From Candidatus Bathyarchaeia archaeon (GTDB lineage Archaea; Thermoproteota; Bathyarchaeia; Bathyarchaeales; Bathycorpusculaceae): DNA of 64,000 nucleotides. This document shows, in pieces, positions 1 to 10,393 of the stretch. Made by a program: the position numbers and the translations under genes. Below the pieces are notes generated by a model. The model made no database searches. It had not been told where the DNA came from and was given only the letters and a program-made list of their open reading frames with translations. Positions within the stretch are counted from its first letter, which is position 1; each line of letters opens with the position of its first letter. The stretch covers positions 1 through 64,000 of the forward strand of contig JBEKKK010000001.1 of the NCBI GenBank assembly GCA_050010755.1. The letters run 5' to 3'.

Positions 1-150
1 ACTGACATAAATGCACAATTGGAAAAACTCGACCAAGACTTCCGAGCTGACAAGATAAGCGGCGACGAATACGCTGAACAGAGACAGAGACTCAAACAGA
101 CAAAGGCAGGCTTGTTAGACGAGCTTCACCGAATGGGCGTGGTCATTTAA
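1..150 (+). CDS. 3' end of a gene running in from the left edge (short helical, SHOCT-like C-terminus)
   Basis: Frame 1 is open from base 1 to TAA at 148-150: TDINAQLEKLDQDFRADKISGDEYAEQRQRLKQTKAGLLDELHRMGVVI. Confidence 0.7.
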   Translation, partial: TDINAQLEKLDQDFRADKISGDEYAEQRQRLKQTKAGLLDELHRMGVVI

Positions 151-315
151 ATCAACAAAACGAAAGTGACATACCCTTGCCTTGACAAGTGATGAACCGG
201 GCTGAGGTAAAATGTTGATAGAAGGTAGATGCAGACCTTGGAAAACTTGCCAGGGAGCGCGCGCTACAATGCCCATGGTCCCTTTAGTTCTTAGCTTCGT
301 GCGCACGCGACAAGG

Positions 316-1224
316 TTAACCCATCCAGCTTGGGTTTTGGGTGGTGCTGTCGAACGCAGTTCCTGTTTTGTAGGGTTCGTAGTTTCCCGTTCTGGCGGCT
401 TTCTCAGTCTTGGCTAAAAGTTTGGAACGTTCTGCATCCGTCATTGGAGAAAAATCCCTGACTGCTGATAATGCCTGTTCAAGAATCGACATGGAGTCGA
501 TGCCCGTGATTACGACGCTGACTGGTAAACTCATGGAATAGCGCAGACATTCTTGCGCGGTGACGAAGCCGCTGTCGAGTATGTTTCTATCTCCGAGGGG
601 TTTCATACCCAGCACGCCTATTCCGTGCTTCAAGAGAACTGGCAGGACTTTTCTCTCAAAGCTGTTGTAGTGGGCATCCATCACGTTGAGCGGCATCTGC
701 ACCGCATCGAAAGTGAAGCCTTGGTCGAACCCCATCCTCAGCATTCTCAGGTGAACATCGGGACTCTTGTGACCAGTGAAGCCTATGTAACGAATCTTCC
801 CCTCGGTCCTAGCGTCGAGAGCCGCCTCAAGCGCACCTCCAGACTCGAAAATCCGGTCAGCATCTGAGGATCGAATTATCTCATGGAATTGGAGCAAATC
901 AATATTCGTATCGAGACGGCTGATGGATTCATCAATCTGCTTCTCTGCCGTCTTTTTGTCGCGACCATCTATCTTTGTCATGAGAAAAACTTTTTCTCGG
1001 TATCCGCCCCGCAGGGCTTTGCCCATCCGCGTTTCGCTGAGACCATCGTTGTAATCCCAGCTGTTGTCCAGAAAATTAATGCCCTTATCAATGGCAGTTC
1101 TTACGATTTTCAGGCTTTCTTCGTCTGAAACTCGCTGCGAGCCAATGTGGTATCCGCCAACACCTACAATTGAAACCTTCTCCTTTGTCCGACCAAGAGT
1201 ACGATAAAGCATCTCTGCACTCAT
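316..1224 (-). CDS. Aldo/keto reductase
   Basis: YRTLGRT..VSIVGVGG, GINFLDNSWDY, FLMTK, DLLQFH and IRYIGFTGH AKR motifs. Confidence 0.93.
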   Translation of the reverse strand: MSAEMLYRTLGRTKEKVSIVGVGGYHIGSQRVSDEESLKIVRTAIDKGINFLDNSWDYNDGLSETRMGKALRGGYREKVFLMTKIDGRDKKTAEKQIDESISRLDTNIDLLQFHEIIRSSDADRIFESGGALEAALDARTEGKIRYIGFTGHKSPDVHLRMLRMGFDQGFTFDAVQMPLNVMDAHYNSFERKVLPVLLKHGIGVLGMKPLGDRNILDSGFVTAQECLRYSMSLPVSVVITGIDSMSILEQALSAVRDFSPMTDAERSKLLAKTEKAARTGNYEPYKTGTAFDSTTQNPSWMG

Positions 1225-1317
1225 AAAAAATTCACTCTAATCAAAGTGCGTCCGAACCGGTAATAGCTGTTTCCTCAATCAGATTCTTAAGAGTAGCCCG
1301 CGCTCTAAAGGGTCCTC

Positions 1318-1611
1318 TCATGGAGGCTTTTGGCTTTTCTTTTTGCGGGGCTTGTGCAGTACGAAGGTGTGGCCTCGAACGTCGATTACGGTGGATTCTG
1401 TTTGCTGTGCTGTTTTTGACGCGATGTCTTTGGCGCTCTCATTCATGAGCGCGCCTTGCAATATTTGGACTTTCACCATTTTCCTTTTTTCCAGCTGCCT
1501 AGAAATCTCATTCATCGCCTGCGGCGACGCTCCCTCCTTACCAACCCATATCGTCGGCTTCTCCAGGCTTAGCTCACGCTTCATCCGATTCCTCGCCTTA
1601 GACGAAATCAT
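1318..1611 (-). CDS. YhbY/CRM-domain RNA-binding protein
   Basis: KPTIWVGKEG, QLEKRKMVKV and VRGHTFVLHK motifs; start placed at MISSKAR (1611). Confidence 0.9.
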   Translation of the reverse strand: MISSKARNRMKRELSLEKPTIWVGKEGASPQAMNEISRQLEKRKMVKVQILQGALMNESAKDIASKTAQQTESTVIDVRGHTFVLHKPRKKKSQKPP

Positions 1612-1903
1612 GCTTCCATCCGATCCTTCAGTCCCGGTTAAACTATTTACATTCAAATAGTACAATGAAGCTCCTAAATATAGGCATCAGGCTTGTCCAA
1701 AATCTCATTCAGTTTTCTAGTCTCATGTCCTTCAAACGCGGGCGCTAAGTTGCTTCTTCATGCAAGCATGGCCATGGCGCACGCGAGAGAGAGTTTTTGG
1801 TACTGATTATTGAGACTGAAACGTTAAATTGCAGGGGTAACACAACTATTAACATGTATCTGTGGTTTCCCAAAGACCACATCCTGTGCACTAGTGGGAA
1901 AGC

Positions 1904-4228
1904 ATGAGCAAGAAATCTCTAACCGAAGCAGACATCTGTACGAAATTTATTACGCCATCAGTAGTTGGGGCTGGGTGGGATTTAAGAAATCAGATCAGGC
2001 AAGAGGTCTACTTTACTGCTGGAAGAATAATCATTAAAGGCGATGGAATTGAGCGAGGCGAGAGGAAGAGAGCAGATTACATTTTGTACTATAAAGGTAA
2101 CATCCCAATCGCAATTATTGAAGCAAAGGACAACAATCACAGTGTTGGAGCTGGAATGCAGCAAGCGCTAGAATATGGTAAGGTATTGGATATCCCTTTT
2201 GTTTATAGTTCTAATGGAGATAGCTTCATAGAACATGATACAACGGGCAAAGCCGAGGAAATAGAACGAGAAATACCATTGGATAATTTCCCCAGTCCAG
2301 AAGAATTATGGCGAAGGTACAAGGACTGGAAAGGAATCACTGAAGAAATTGAACCTGTATTGACGGAAGAATACTATACTGGATTCAAGAAACCTAGGTA
2401 TTATCAAGAAGTGGCAATTAACAGAACCGTGGAGGCAATATCCAAGGGCAAGAATAGAATCCTTTTGGTCATGGCTACTGGCACAGGAAAAACGTATGTT
2501 GCTTCCCAGGTAATCTATAAGCTCTGGAAATCTAAAAAGAAAAAAAGGATACTTTTCTTAGCTGATAGGAACATCTTGGTTGATCAAGCCCGTAATAATG
2601 ACTTCAAACACTTCAAGGGCGCAATGACGAAAATAACTAACAGAAAAATAGATACTTCTTACGAAATTTACCTTGCCTTATACCAAGCAGTTACTGGAGT
2701 TGAAGAATGGAGAAACATCTACAAGCAATTTTCAAGAGAGTTTTTTGATCTTGTAATAGTTGACGAGTGCCACAGGGGAAGTGCAGCTGAAGATTCAGCT
2801 TGGAGAGAAGTCTTAGAATATTTCGAGTCTGCCACACAAATTGGTATGACAGCGACACCTAAAGAGAGCAAAGAAGTGTCTAACATAGACTATTTTGGCG
2901 GGCCAATTTACATCTATTCTCTGAAACAAGGGATTCAGGACGGATTCTTATCTCCTTACAAGGTTATCAGAATATCCATTGACAAAGATGTTGAAGGATA
3001 CAGGCCTGAAAAGGGGAAGCGGGACAAGTATGGAAACTTGGTTCCTGACAAAATCTATGACGGTAAGGATTTTGATAGGGATCTAGTCATTGATGAACGT
3101 ACGAAATTGGTAGCTAAAAAAGTAACAGAGTTTTTAAAAAAGACTAACAGACTTGACAAGACAATAGTGTTCTGCGTTGATATAGAACATGCCGAGAGAA
3201 TGCGTAGAGCGTTAGTCAACGAAAACAAAGATCTCGTTACGAAGAACCCGAAATATATCATAAGAATTACTGGTGATGATGAGTCCGGGAAGAGAGAACT
3301 TGACAATTTCATTGATCCATCAGTCCATTACCCAGTGATTGTGACAACATCAAAATTACTCAACACTGGAGTTGACGTCCAGACCTGCAAACTCATTGTC
3401 TTAGACAGCAACATACAATCGGTGGCTGAGTTTAAACAAATCATTGGCAGAGGAACAAGAGTAAGAGAAGACTATGGAAAATACTACTTCACGATTATGG
3501 ATTTCAGGCAAGTTACTAATCTGTTTGCTGATCCCGATTTTGACGGAGAACCCGTCCAAAGTATAGAATTCAAAGCCGATGAAATCATCATTCTCGAAAG
3601 CCCTCCTGAAATAACTGCAGAAAAGTCTCCGAGGGAACAAGTCTATATTCAAAACGAACCTGTGGCTAAACCAAGGAAATACTACGTCAACGGCGTTGAA
3701 GTCAAAGTCTTGAATGAGAGAGTCCAAATGTTTGACAAAGATGGAAAACTGATAACCCAATCTCTCAAGGACTACACCAAGCAGAAAGCAAACGCCCAAT
3801 TTAGATCGCTAGATGATTTTCTGCAAAAGTGGAAGAAAGCCGACCAGAAATCAGCGATAATTAAGGAGCTTATCGGACAAGGCATATTCCTTAATGAGTT
3901 GCGCGAAGAAGTTGGCAAAGACTTTGATGATTTTGATTTAATTTGTCACGTGGCTTTTGATCAAAAATTAGTGGCAAGAAAAGAACGAGCCAGCAAGGTC
4001 AAAAAAGGAAACTATTTTGCTAGGTATGGCCAAAAAGCACGAGCGGTGGTGAATGCATTGCTTGACAAATATTCCGATGAAGGAATCGAAAACATGGAAT
4101 CCATGACTATTTTGAAAGTTAACCCCTTCCCACAGTTTGGAACACCATTGGAAATCGTAGGGTTTTTTGGTGGAAAAGAAGAATACTTCGAGGCACTACA
4201 CGAAATTGAAAACCAACTATACAGATGA
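1904..4228 (+). CDS. hsdR: Type I restriction enzyme R subunit (EcoAI/EcoEI-like)
   Basis: N-terminal ADYIL..IIEAK nuclease motif, MATGTGKT, DECHR, QIIGRGTR and EcoEI-type C-terminus. Confidence 0.96.
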   Translation: MSKKSLTEADICTKFITPSVVGAGWDLRNQIRQEVYFTAGRIIIKGDGIERGERKRADYILYYKGNIPIAIIEAKDNNHSVGAGMQQALEYGKVLDIPFVYSSNGDSFIEHDTTGKAEEIEREIPLDNFPSPEELWRRYKDWKGITEEIEPVLTEEYYTGFKKPRYYQEVAINRTVEAISKGKNRILLVMATGTGKTYVASQVIYKLWKSKKKKRILFLADRNILVDQARNNDFKHFKGAMTKITNRKIDTSYEIYLALYQAVTGVEEWRNIYKQFSREFFDLVIVDECHRGSAAEDSAWREVLEYFESATQIGMTATPKESKEVSNIDYFGGPIYIYSLKQGIQDGFLSPYKVIRISIDKDVEGYRPEKGKRDKYGNLVPDKIYDGKDFDRDLVIDERTKLVAKKVTEFLKKTNRLDKTIVFCVDIEHAERMRRALVNENKDLVTKNPKYIIRITGDDESGKRELDNFIDPSVHYPVIVTTSKLLNTGVDVQTCKLIVLDSNIQSVAEFKQIIGRGTRVREDYGKYYFTIMDFRQVTNLFADPDFDGEPVQSIEFKADEIIILESPPEITAEKSPREQVYIQNEPVAKPRKYYVNGVEVKVLNERVQMFDKDGKLITQSLKDYTKQKANAQFRSLDDFLQKWKKADQKSAIIKELIGQGIFLNELREEVGKDFDDFDLICHVAFDQKLVARKERASKVKKGNYFARYGQKARAVVNALLDKYSDEGIENMESMTILKVNPFPQFGTPLEIVGFFGGKEEYFEALHEIENQLYR

Positions 4229-4234
4229 TCCCTT

Positions 4235-5665
4235 ATGATTTCGACAACGATAAAATCGATTCAAGACATTATGCGCCAAGATGCTGGCGTAGATGGTGAT
4301 GCACAACGAATATCCCAAATGGTTTGGATGATTTTCCTAAAAGTTTATGATGACAAAGAAAAGGAATGGGAACTAGAGGACGAAAAATACCAATCCGCAA
4401 TTCCAGAAAAATATAGATGGCGTAACTGGGCGTCGAACAAAGAAGGCATAACTGGCGACGACCTTCTCGATTTTATCGGTGAAATGTTCAAAGCCCTAAA
4501 AGCATTGAACGCTTCAAGAGAAGATGATCCTAAAGGCTTCATTGTTAGAGAAGTCTTTGAAGATGCATACAACTATATGAAATCTGGAACTCTGATTAGA
4601 CAAGTCATAAACAAGCTTAACGAGATCGATTTTAACAAGTCGGAAGACAAGCATCTGTTCAATGAGGTCTACGAGAAAATCATATCTGACCTGCAATCAG
4701 CAGGTAACGCTGGAGAATACTATACTCCGAGAGCCGTGACACAGTTCATAGTTGACATTATAAATCCAAAGTTTGGTGAACGAGTACTTGACCCAGCATG
4801 TGGGACTGGTGGGTTCTTAGTCAGTTCCCTTGAGAACATGAAGAAACAAATTACGCGTGATGCCGATCTAGATATGCTACAAAAAAATATTAATGGCGTA
4901 GAGAAAAAGCCTTTGCCCCACTTGCTTTGCACAACGAACATGATTCTTCACGGGATTGAAGTCCCAAACATTAGACACGACAATACTTTGACAAGACCTT
5001 TAGCTGACTATGGGCCTTCTGATATGGTGGATGTCGTTGTCACTAATCCTCCTTTTGGCGGAATAGAAGAACCAGGTATCGAACTCAATTTTCCATCGAC
5101 ATATAGAACCAGAGAAACAGCCGACCTATTTTTGGTGTTAATTATGAAACTGCTTAGAGATGAAGGAAGATGCGGAATGGTTCTCCCTGATGGTTTTTTG
5201 TTCGGTGAAGGAGCAAAGACAAGAATAAAAGAAAAATTGTTACTCGAATTCAATCTTCACACCATTGTAAGGTTGCCCAATGGAGTTTTCAACCCCTATA
5301 CTGGAATAAGAACAAACCTCTTATTCTTTGAGAAGGGTAAACCGACGAAAGAGATTTGGTATTTTGAGCACCCATATCCCGAAGGCTACAAGTCATACAA
5401 TAAAACAAAACCAATACAAATTGAAGAATTTGATCTGGAGAAAGAATGGTGGAATGACAGAGAAAATGACAAGTTCAGTCGATATTGCTGGAAAGTTTCG
5501 ATTGGCGATGTAAAGAAGAGAAATTACAACATGGATATTAACAATCCAAAGGAGCTCAACGAGACTGAGAATATGACTAGTAAGGAGATCATCGAACTAC
5601 TTGAAAAGTCTATGACTGGAAATGCTAAACTCCTTGAACAAATTAGGAAGGAGTTAGGATACTGA
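4235..5665 (+). CDS. hsdM: Type I restriction-modification methyltransferase (m6A)
   Basis: GEYYTPR, DPACGTGGFL and NPPF motifs; N-terminus IQDIMRQDAGVDGDAQR. Confidence 0.96.
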   Translation: MISTTIKSIQDIMRQDAGVDGDAQRISQMVWMIFLKVYDDKEKEWELEDEKYQSAIPEKYRWRNWASNKEGITGDDLLDFIGEMFKALKALNASREDDPKGFIVREVFEDAYNYMKSGTLIRQVINKLNEIDFNKSEDKHLFNEVYEKIISDLQSAGNAGEYYTPRAVTQFIVDIINPKFGERVLDPACGTGGFLVSSLENMKKQITRDADLDMLQKNINGVEKKPLPHLLCTTNMILHGIEVPNIRHDNTLTRPLADYGPSDMVDVVVTNPPFGGIEEPGIELNFPSTYRTRETADLFLVLIMKLLRDEGRCGMVLPDGFLFGEGAKTRIKEKLLLEFNLHTIVRLPNGVFNPYTGIRTNLLFFEKGKPTKEIWYFEHPYPEGYKSYNKTKPIQIEEFDLEKEWWNDRENDKFSRYCWKVSIGDVKKRNYNMDINNPKELNETENMTSKEIIELLEKSMTGNAKLLEQIRKELGY

Positions 5666-7082
5666 AAACCGTTGAATTCTACGGCAAAGTTGATTCTTCT
5701 GTCGCGTTAGCAAAAATCATATTCAATCATTTAACAAAGAGGTATCCAGCAAAAAAGATAGGAGATATTGCAGAAACAACTAGGGGGGTACGCCGTCCAG
5801 ATCCGTTAGTCAATATTACGGTGGAAACATTCCATGGATAAAATCAGGGGAATTGAACGATGGTTTGATTTCTGAGTATTCTGAAACGATAACTGAAGAA
5901 GGGTTAAGGAATTCAAGTGCAAAATTGTATCCTAAAGGAACGTTGGTATTAGCGCTTTATGGAGCGACTGTTGGGAAAGTTGGAATTGTTAATTTTGATA
6001 CGGTTTCAAATCAAGCTGTTTGTGCAGTCTTTCCAACTGAGGAAGTCGATAAGAGATACCTGTTTTGGTTTTTACGTCAAAAAAGACTAGACTTTTTACG
6101 AATGAGCTTTGGGGGAGCGCAACCGAATATTAGCCAAGCGGTTGTTAGAAATACGTCATTGCCTGTACCCCCTCTTGGGGTTCAGAAGCAAGTAGTAGCC
6201 ATATTAGATGAATATGAACTGAGCAAGAATCTGCTTGAAACAGAAGTTGTAACTGAAATTAGAGGCAATTTGCATACATATAACATCATAAAAACTGGGT
6301 ACGACAAAATTGTTGAAAATAACTCAACCAACTCAGAGCTCTGTCAAAAACTTCGCCAATCAATTCTCCTAGAAGCAGTCTCGGGAAAACTCGTTCCACA
6401 AGACCCAAAGGATGAGCCAGCGTCAGAACTTTTGAAGAAAATCAAAGTCGAGAAAGAAAAGCTGGTCAGAGAAAAGAAAATCAAGGAGATGGAACTGCAG
6501 CCAATTTCGAAGGAAGAAATTCCTTTGGAATTACCAAAAAGTTGGGAGTGGGTGAGGTTTGGGCAAATAACGATTTGCAGAGATGGAGAGCGAGTACCCG
6601 TATCCGAAGACGAAAGGAAACTAAAAGAAAAAATCTATGATTACTATGGTGCATCAGGGATAATTGATAAAATTGACAGCTATCTTTTTGACAAAGAACT
6701 GCTTTTGATTGGAGAAGACGGCGCCAATCTGGTAAATAGATCCACCCCAATAGCATTCTTGGCAAAAGGGAAATATTGGGTAAACAACCATGCGCATGTT
6801 TTGGACTCAATTGATTTAGATATACTCAGATTCCTAGAAGTCTACATAAACGCAATTGATTTAAGACCATATGTCACTGGCACTGCTCAACCCAAGATGA
6901 ACCAGTCTAAGATGAATTCCATTCTTGTTGCTTTTCCTCCATTAGCTGAACAGATGAGAATTATAAAAAAGGTTGAAGCAATAATGAACCTCTGCGATGA
7001 ATTAGAACAGAAAGTCAAAGAGAACCAAAAAAGCTCCGAATATCTATTGGAAGCAGTTTTGAAAGAGGCTCTCGCATCTTAA
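5662..7082 (+). pseudogene. hsdS: Type I specificity subunit with a 1-nt frameshift at a G6 run (5783-5788)
   Basis: The frame from CTG 5662 (overlapping the hsdM stop) reads ..YPAKKIGDIAETT; the next frame continues GGTPSRSVSQYYGGNIPWIKSGEL into ORF 5853-7082, which has two TRDs and conserved helices. Confidence 0.88.
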
Positions 7083-7152
7083 CAACGTTGATATCAGTGC
7101 GCACACTTGGCGTGCACTAAATGCGACCCAGCGCACGCGCTAATTAGTCCTA

Positions 7153-7413
7153 TTGCATAAGAGGTCCTACAGAGAGGAAAAGTTGAATCAGCCAGACCAA
7201 ATCTCTCTTGATGACTTAAGACATCTTACTATTCCTTTGCCATACCCAGACAAACCTCAGGAATCGCTTTCAATACAAAGTCAAATAGTCGGCTACCTAG
7301 ATACTGTCCAACAGAGAACTGCTGACCTGAAAGGCGCACAAAATGAAACGGATAAGGACATGGACGAGTTGCGCTTCAGTGCTGTGGAGAAGGGGTTGAA
7401 AGGGGAACTATAA
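7153..7413 (+). pseudogene. Orphan C-terminal fragment of a second hsdS
   Basis: LRHLTIPLP...LSIQSQIVGYLD...DELRFSAVEKGLKGEL matches the HsdS C-terminal conserved region; no N-terminal part. Confidence 0.75.
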
Positions 7414-7611
7414 AAATTGTTAGTCAGTAAAAAAGCATTTCAAGTTCGCGCGCACTGCTGAATAAAGAACGTGAGTAAGCGCACATTGAATTGAATAGCA
7501 CATTGGGTTTAGGAACAGAAAGCAGATAGATCGAGCTTTATCCTGGATACATAATTGGTTTATACTGAGAATTTGTAGTAGATGAAGACATATGAGTGAA
7601 GGGGTTCCAAG

Positions 7612-7905
7612 ATGAGACGTTCTAAGCTTGAGATGTATGTTGACATTCTCAAAGTGTTAGCTCATCGCGGACCCTTGAAACCAACGCACATAATGTATAA
7701 AACAAACGTGGCTCTTAGCGTTCTAAGAGAATATCTGGACTTTCTAATCAAACAGAATCTTGTTGAAGAAAGAAATGTAGGGAAAACTAGAACAGTCTTT
7801 GCTATAACTCAAAGAGGCATAACGGTACTAGAGTACTTTAGGGAACTGCAACAAGCATTGCCAATCATTGAAGAAACAAGAAATATGGTTCCGACACCTA
7901 TTTGA
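7612..7905 (+). CDS. Winged-helix transcriptional regulator (archaeal HTH_45/COG3432-like)
   Basis: RRSKLEMYVDIL..LKPTHIMYKTN..YLDFL..FAITQRG. Confidence 0.88.
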   Translation: MRRSKLEMYVDILKVLAHRGPLKPTHIMYKTNVALSVLREYLDFLIKQNLVEERNVGKTRTVFAITQRGITVLEYFRELQQALPIIEETRNMVPTPI

Positions 7906-8300
7906 CTTCATTAGTGCACGCACTAGCCTTAGTAGCGCAGCGCGCGCTTTTTCTTGATTATTTGAGAAGAATGGAAGATAGAGAATTCCAAAATTCACCA
8001 GAATATCATTCATCACAATTAGGAAAACACAGATTTATGGAAAAAATGTTAAAGAATTTTGACCACGAAAAGAAATATACCATTGAATCCATGGAACGCA
8101 AGACTCTTCAACTTAATTAGAAATTCTAAAAAAACTTACGCGTGATCTCTTATTTTCCAAATCGACAATATGAGGTTAAATTGGAAAATGGAACATTAAA
8201 CTCATTAACGATATTGTAAATGCATTACAATTTAGAATCTCATGTTCAACAAACAGCGCGCATCAAATCTCCAATCTATTAAACCTTCTCTGGCACGAGT

Positions 8301-8866
8301 GCGCGCGCTTTGACTATGTGTGGTTTGTTCTGTGTTTTGTTGTGGTTTTGTTAGATGTGGGGGAAGAATGTTCCTGGGACTGCTACGTGGAAGAGGACTC
8401 CGAATATTATGCTCACTATGACGAAGATTATCCATGCCAGTATGGCTATTGCTAGGGCGGCGAGCCAGCCCGTTCTGAAGCTTGCCTTGTAGACCCATAG
8501 CCAGGCTATGAGAGCCAGAATCAGCGCGATTATGTATGCCGTTGAGCCGATTACAGCTCCCAGAAGGTAACCCACTATAAACAATGTGACAGCATAAACT
8601 ATTGGGCCGAACAGCGTGGCAAGCATAGCCTCGCCAAACGTGGCTCTTCCGCCCGTTACTGCTTTGCCGGCTAACCACACGGGTATCGAGACTATAATCC
8701 ACAGAACAATCAAGCCGATTATGGTAACAACCAGACTCGCTAAACTGATATTTCCAATAATCAGATTGCTCAAGCACCACACCATTCAAGCTACATAGAA
8801 GAACGAAGGAGTATTAAACTTGTGTAGCTGCAGCGCCGCAGCAACAGAGCAGCTGCTATGCGCGCG
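8301..8866. repeat. Copy 1 of a ~560-bp diverged direct repeat (gene, promoter and downstream tract)
   Basis: Aligns by eye with 12806-13367; both ends are GCGCGC tracts. Confidence 0.9.
8351..8785 (-). CDS. Small multi-TM membrane protein, copy 1
   Basis: About 4 hydrophobic segments; highly similar to 12852-13274. Confidence 0.85.
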   Translation of the reverse strand: MVWCLSNLIIGNISLASLVVTIIGLIVLWIIVSIPVWLAGKAVTGGRATFGEAMLATLFGPIVYAVTLFIVGYLLGAVIGSTAYIIALILALIAWLWVYKASFRTGWLAALAIAILAWIIFVIVSIIFGVLFHVAVPGTFFPHI

Positions 8867-8931
8867 TTTTATAAAGTGCGCACGCTGAGAATTGAGAGTA
8901 GTGAGCAAGAAAAAGAGGAAAGTGATTCAAG

Positions 8932-9087
8932 TTGGATGAACACGACTATGACGACGATGAGTGGCCAGATGAGGATGAGGAAGAGCCTGAACCGCAAGAA
9001 GAACCTGAACCGGAAGAAGAGCCTGGAACCGCAAAGCGCGCGGGCTCCAATCTGAGATTGGTTTTCCAGTTTCTATATTCTCTCTAG
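8932..9087 (+). CDS. Putative 51-aa very acidic peptide or gene fragment
   Basis: TTG start; MDEHDYDDDEWPDEDEEEPEPQEEPEPEEEPGTAKRAG...; includes about three imperfect 18-bp repeats. Confidence 0.4.
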   Translation: MDEHDYDDDEWPDEDEEEPEPQEEPEPEEEPGTAKRAGSNLRLVFQFLYSL

Positions 9088-9171
9088 CATGCGCGCCGAA
9101 ACCCGCTCAACAGTCTGATACGACCCTTAAATAACTTAAAAGACAAATGATAGTTTGATGGGCGGAGAGCA

Positions 9172-9753
9172 ATGACCGCAGATTATCTTTTCATAGTTAG
9201 ACACGGAGAAACCGAAGCCAACAAAAAAGGAATAGAAGCAGGGCTATTGGATTACCCCCTGACTAAAAAAGGAGTGAAAGAAGCCTCATTCATAGCCAAG
9301 ACTCTTTCGAAAGTGAAGATAAACGCCGTTTACAGCAGCCCCGTGTTCCGCGCCGTCGAGACTGCAAAAATTCTGGCGCGCCCTCACAAATTGAAGGTAA
9401 AAACCCTTGAGGAACTGACAGAAGCGAAGCTCAAACCCAGATTCGTCGGCAAAAAGGGAAGACATCACATATTGACCAACCCTGAAGCATACTCAGAGAC
9501 GGACAACGACCTCCTAGAGCGAACTGGGAAAGCCATCAAAATCATCAAACAGGAAGCAGAAGGGAACGTGATAGTAGTTTCCCATGGCGACGTGATAACT
9601 GCAATGCTTGAGGGTGTGGTCGAAAGAAGGGTTAGCACTGAGAACTACTACGTTCTCCATGCTGAACCTGCAGCCCTGAGCATTGTCGAAATCAAGAGCA
9701 GACCATTCCTGGTCTTGTACAATTATCACCGCAAGATGTTTGCGAATTTCTAA
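9172..9753 (+). CDS. Histidine phosphatase (phosphoglycerate mutase-like)
   Basis: RHGETE, YSSP..RAVETA and VVSHG motifs. Confidence 0.92.
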   Translation: MTADYLFIVRHGETEANKKGIEAGLLDYPLTKKGVKEASFIAKTLSKVKINAVYSSPVFRAVETAKILARPHKLKVKTLEELTEAKLKPRFVGKKGRHHILTNPEAYSETDNDLLERTGKAIKIIKQEAEGNVIVVSHGDVITAMLEGVVERRVSTENYYVLHAEPAALSIVEIKSRPFLVLYNYHRKMFANF

Positions 9754-9880
9754 TTCTAAAATCGAATATTCCAAAGCGCGCGCTCCGTGCAGGTGAACCA
9801 GCTATCAGCAAGAAAGAACACAATCGCGTCAGAAGCAAACTGTACGCGCGCGCACGCATATATCGACGGCTGTTCTTGGA

Positions 9881-10393
9881 TTAGAAAAACTTCTTGACGA
9901 CCCAATCTAGGTGATAGAGATAGTCTTCCTCTCTGGGAACGTATGTCGGACTTACGAGAGCCGCTCTTGCCGTTATATCGTCTTTTGAAATTTTGAATTC
10001 TCTGATGCAGGTTTCAATGTCTTGGATATCTCTTTGATTTAGTCTTCCAATTTTCGTTACAACTATGTCGACAGGATGCAGAGCCTTCAACAATATGTGG
10101 CTGTACTCTTTTATCTTGATGCTTTTGTCCAGATAGTCACCAGGCAAGGATTGACAGAAAACGTACCCGTCGGCCCATCGGTGTACTCTAAAGCCTGGCG
10201 GATTATTCTTGAGGGCTCGTTCAAATTCGGGCAAGTCACTGCTGGGAATCGTAAAATCAATATCAACTGTTGATGGTTTCAGATCAAGCAGAGTCATTGC
10301 TGTTCCGCCGACGGCTACAAGAGTAACTTTTCTTGTGAGATCACCATTGAAGACATCTAAGAATTCAAGTAACGCGCTCTTGTCACACGGCAT
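9881..10393 (-). CDS. DUF6036-like nucleotidyltransferase
   Basis: VGGTAM..STVDIDF NTase motif and K..R...RD..D C-terminal motif. Confidence 0.82.
   Translation of the reverse strand: MPCDKSALLEFLDVFNGDLTRKVTLVAVGGTAMTLLDLKPSTVDIDFTIPSSDLPEFERALKNNPPGFRVHRWADGYVFCQSLPGDYLDKSIKIKEYSHILLKALHPVDIVVTKIGRLNQRDIQDIETCIREFKISKDDITARAALVSPTYVPREEDYLYHLDWVVKKFF

Noticed and set aside
8232-8789. Alternative-frame ORFs over the duplicated gene (also 12745-12936 and 12988-13278)
   Set aside because: The frame is broken in the second copy while the membrane-protein frame is preserved in both.
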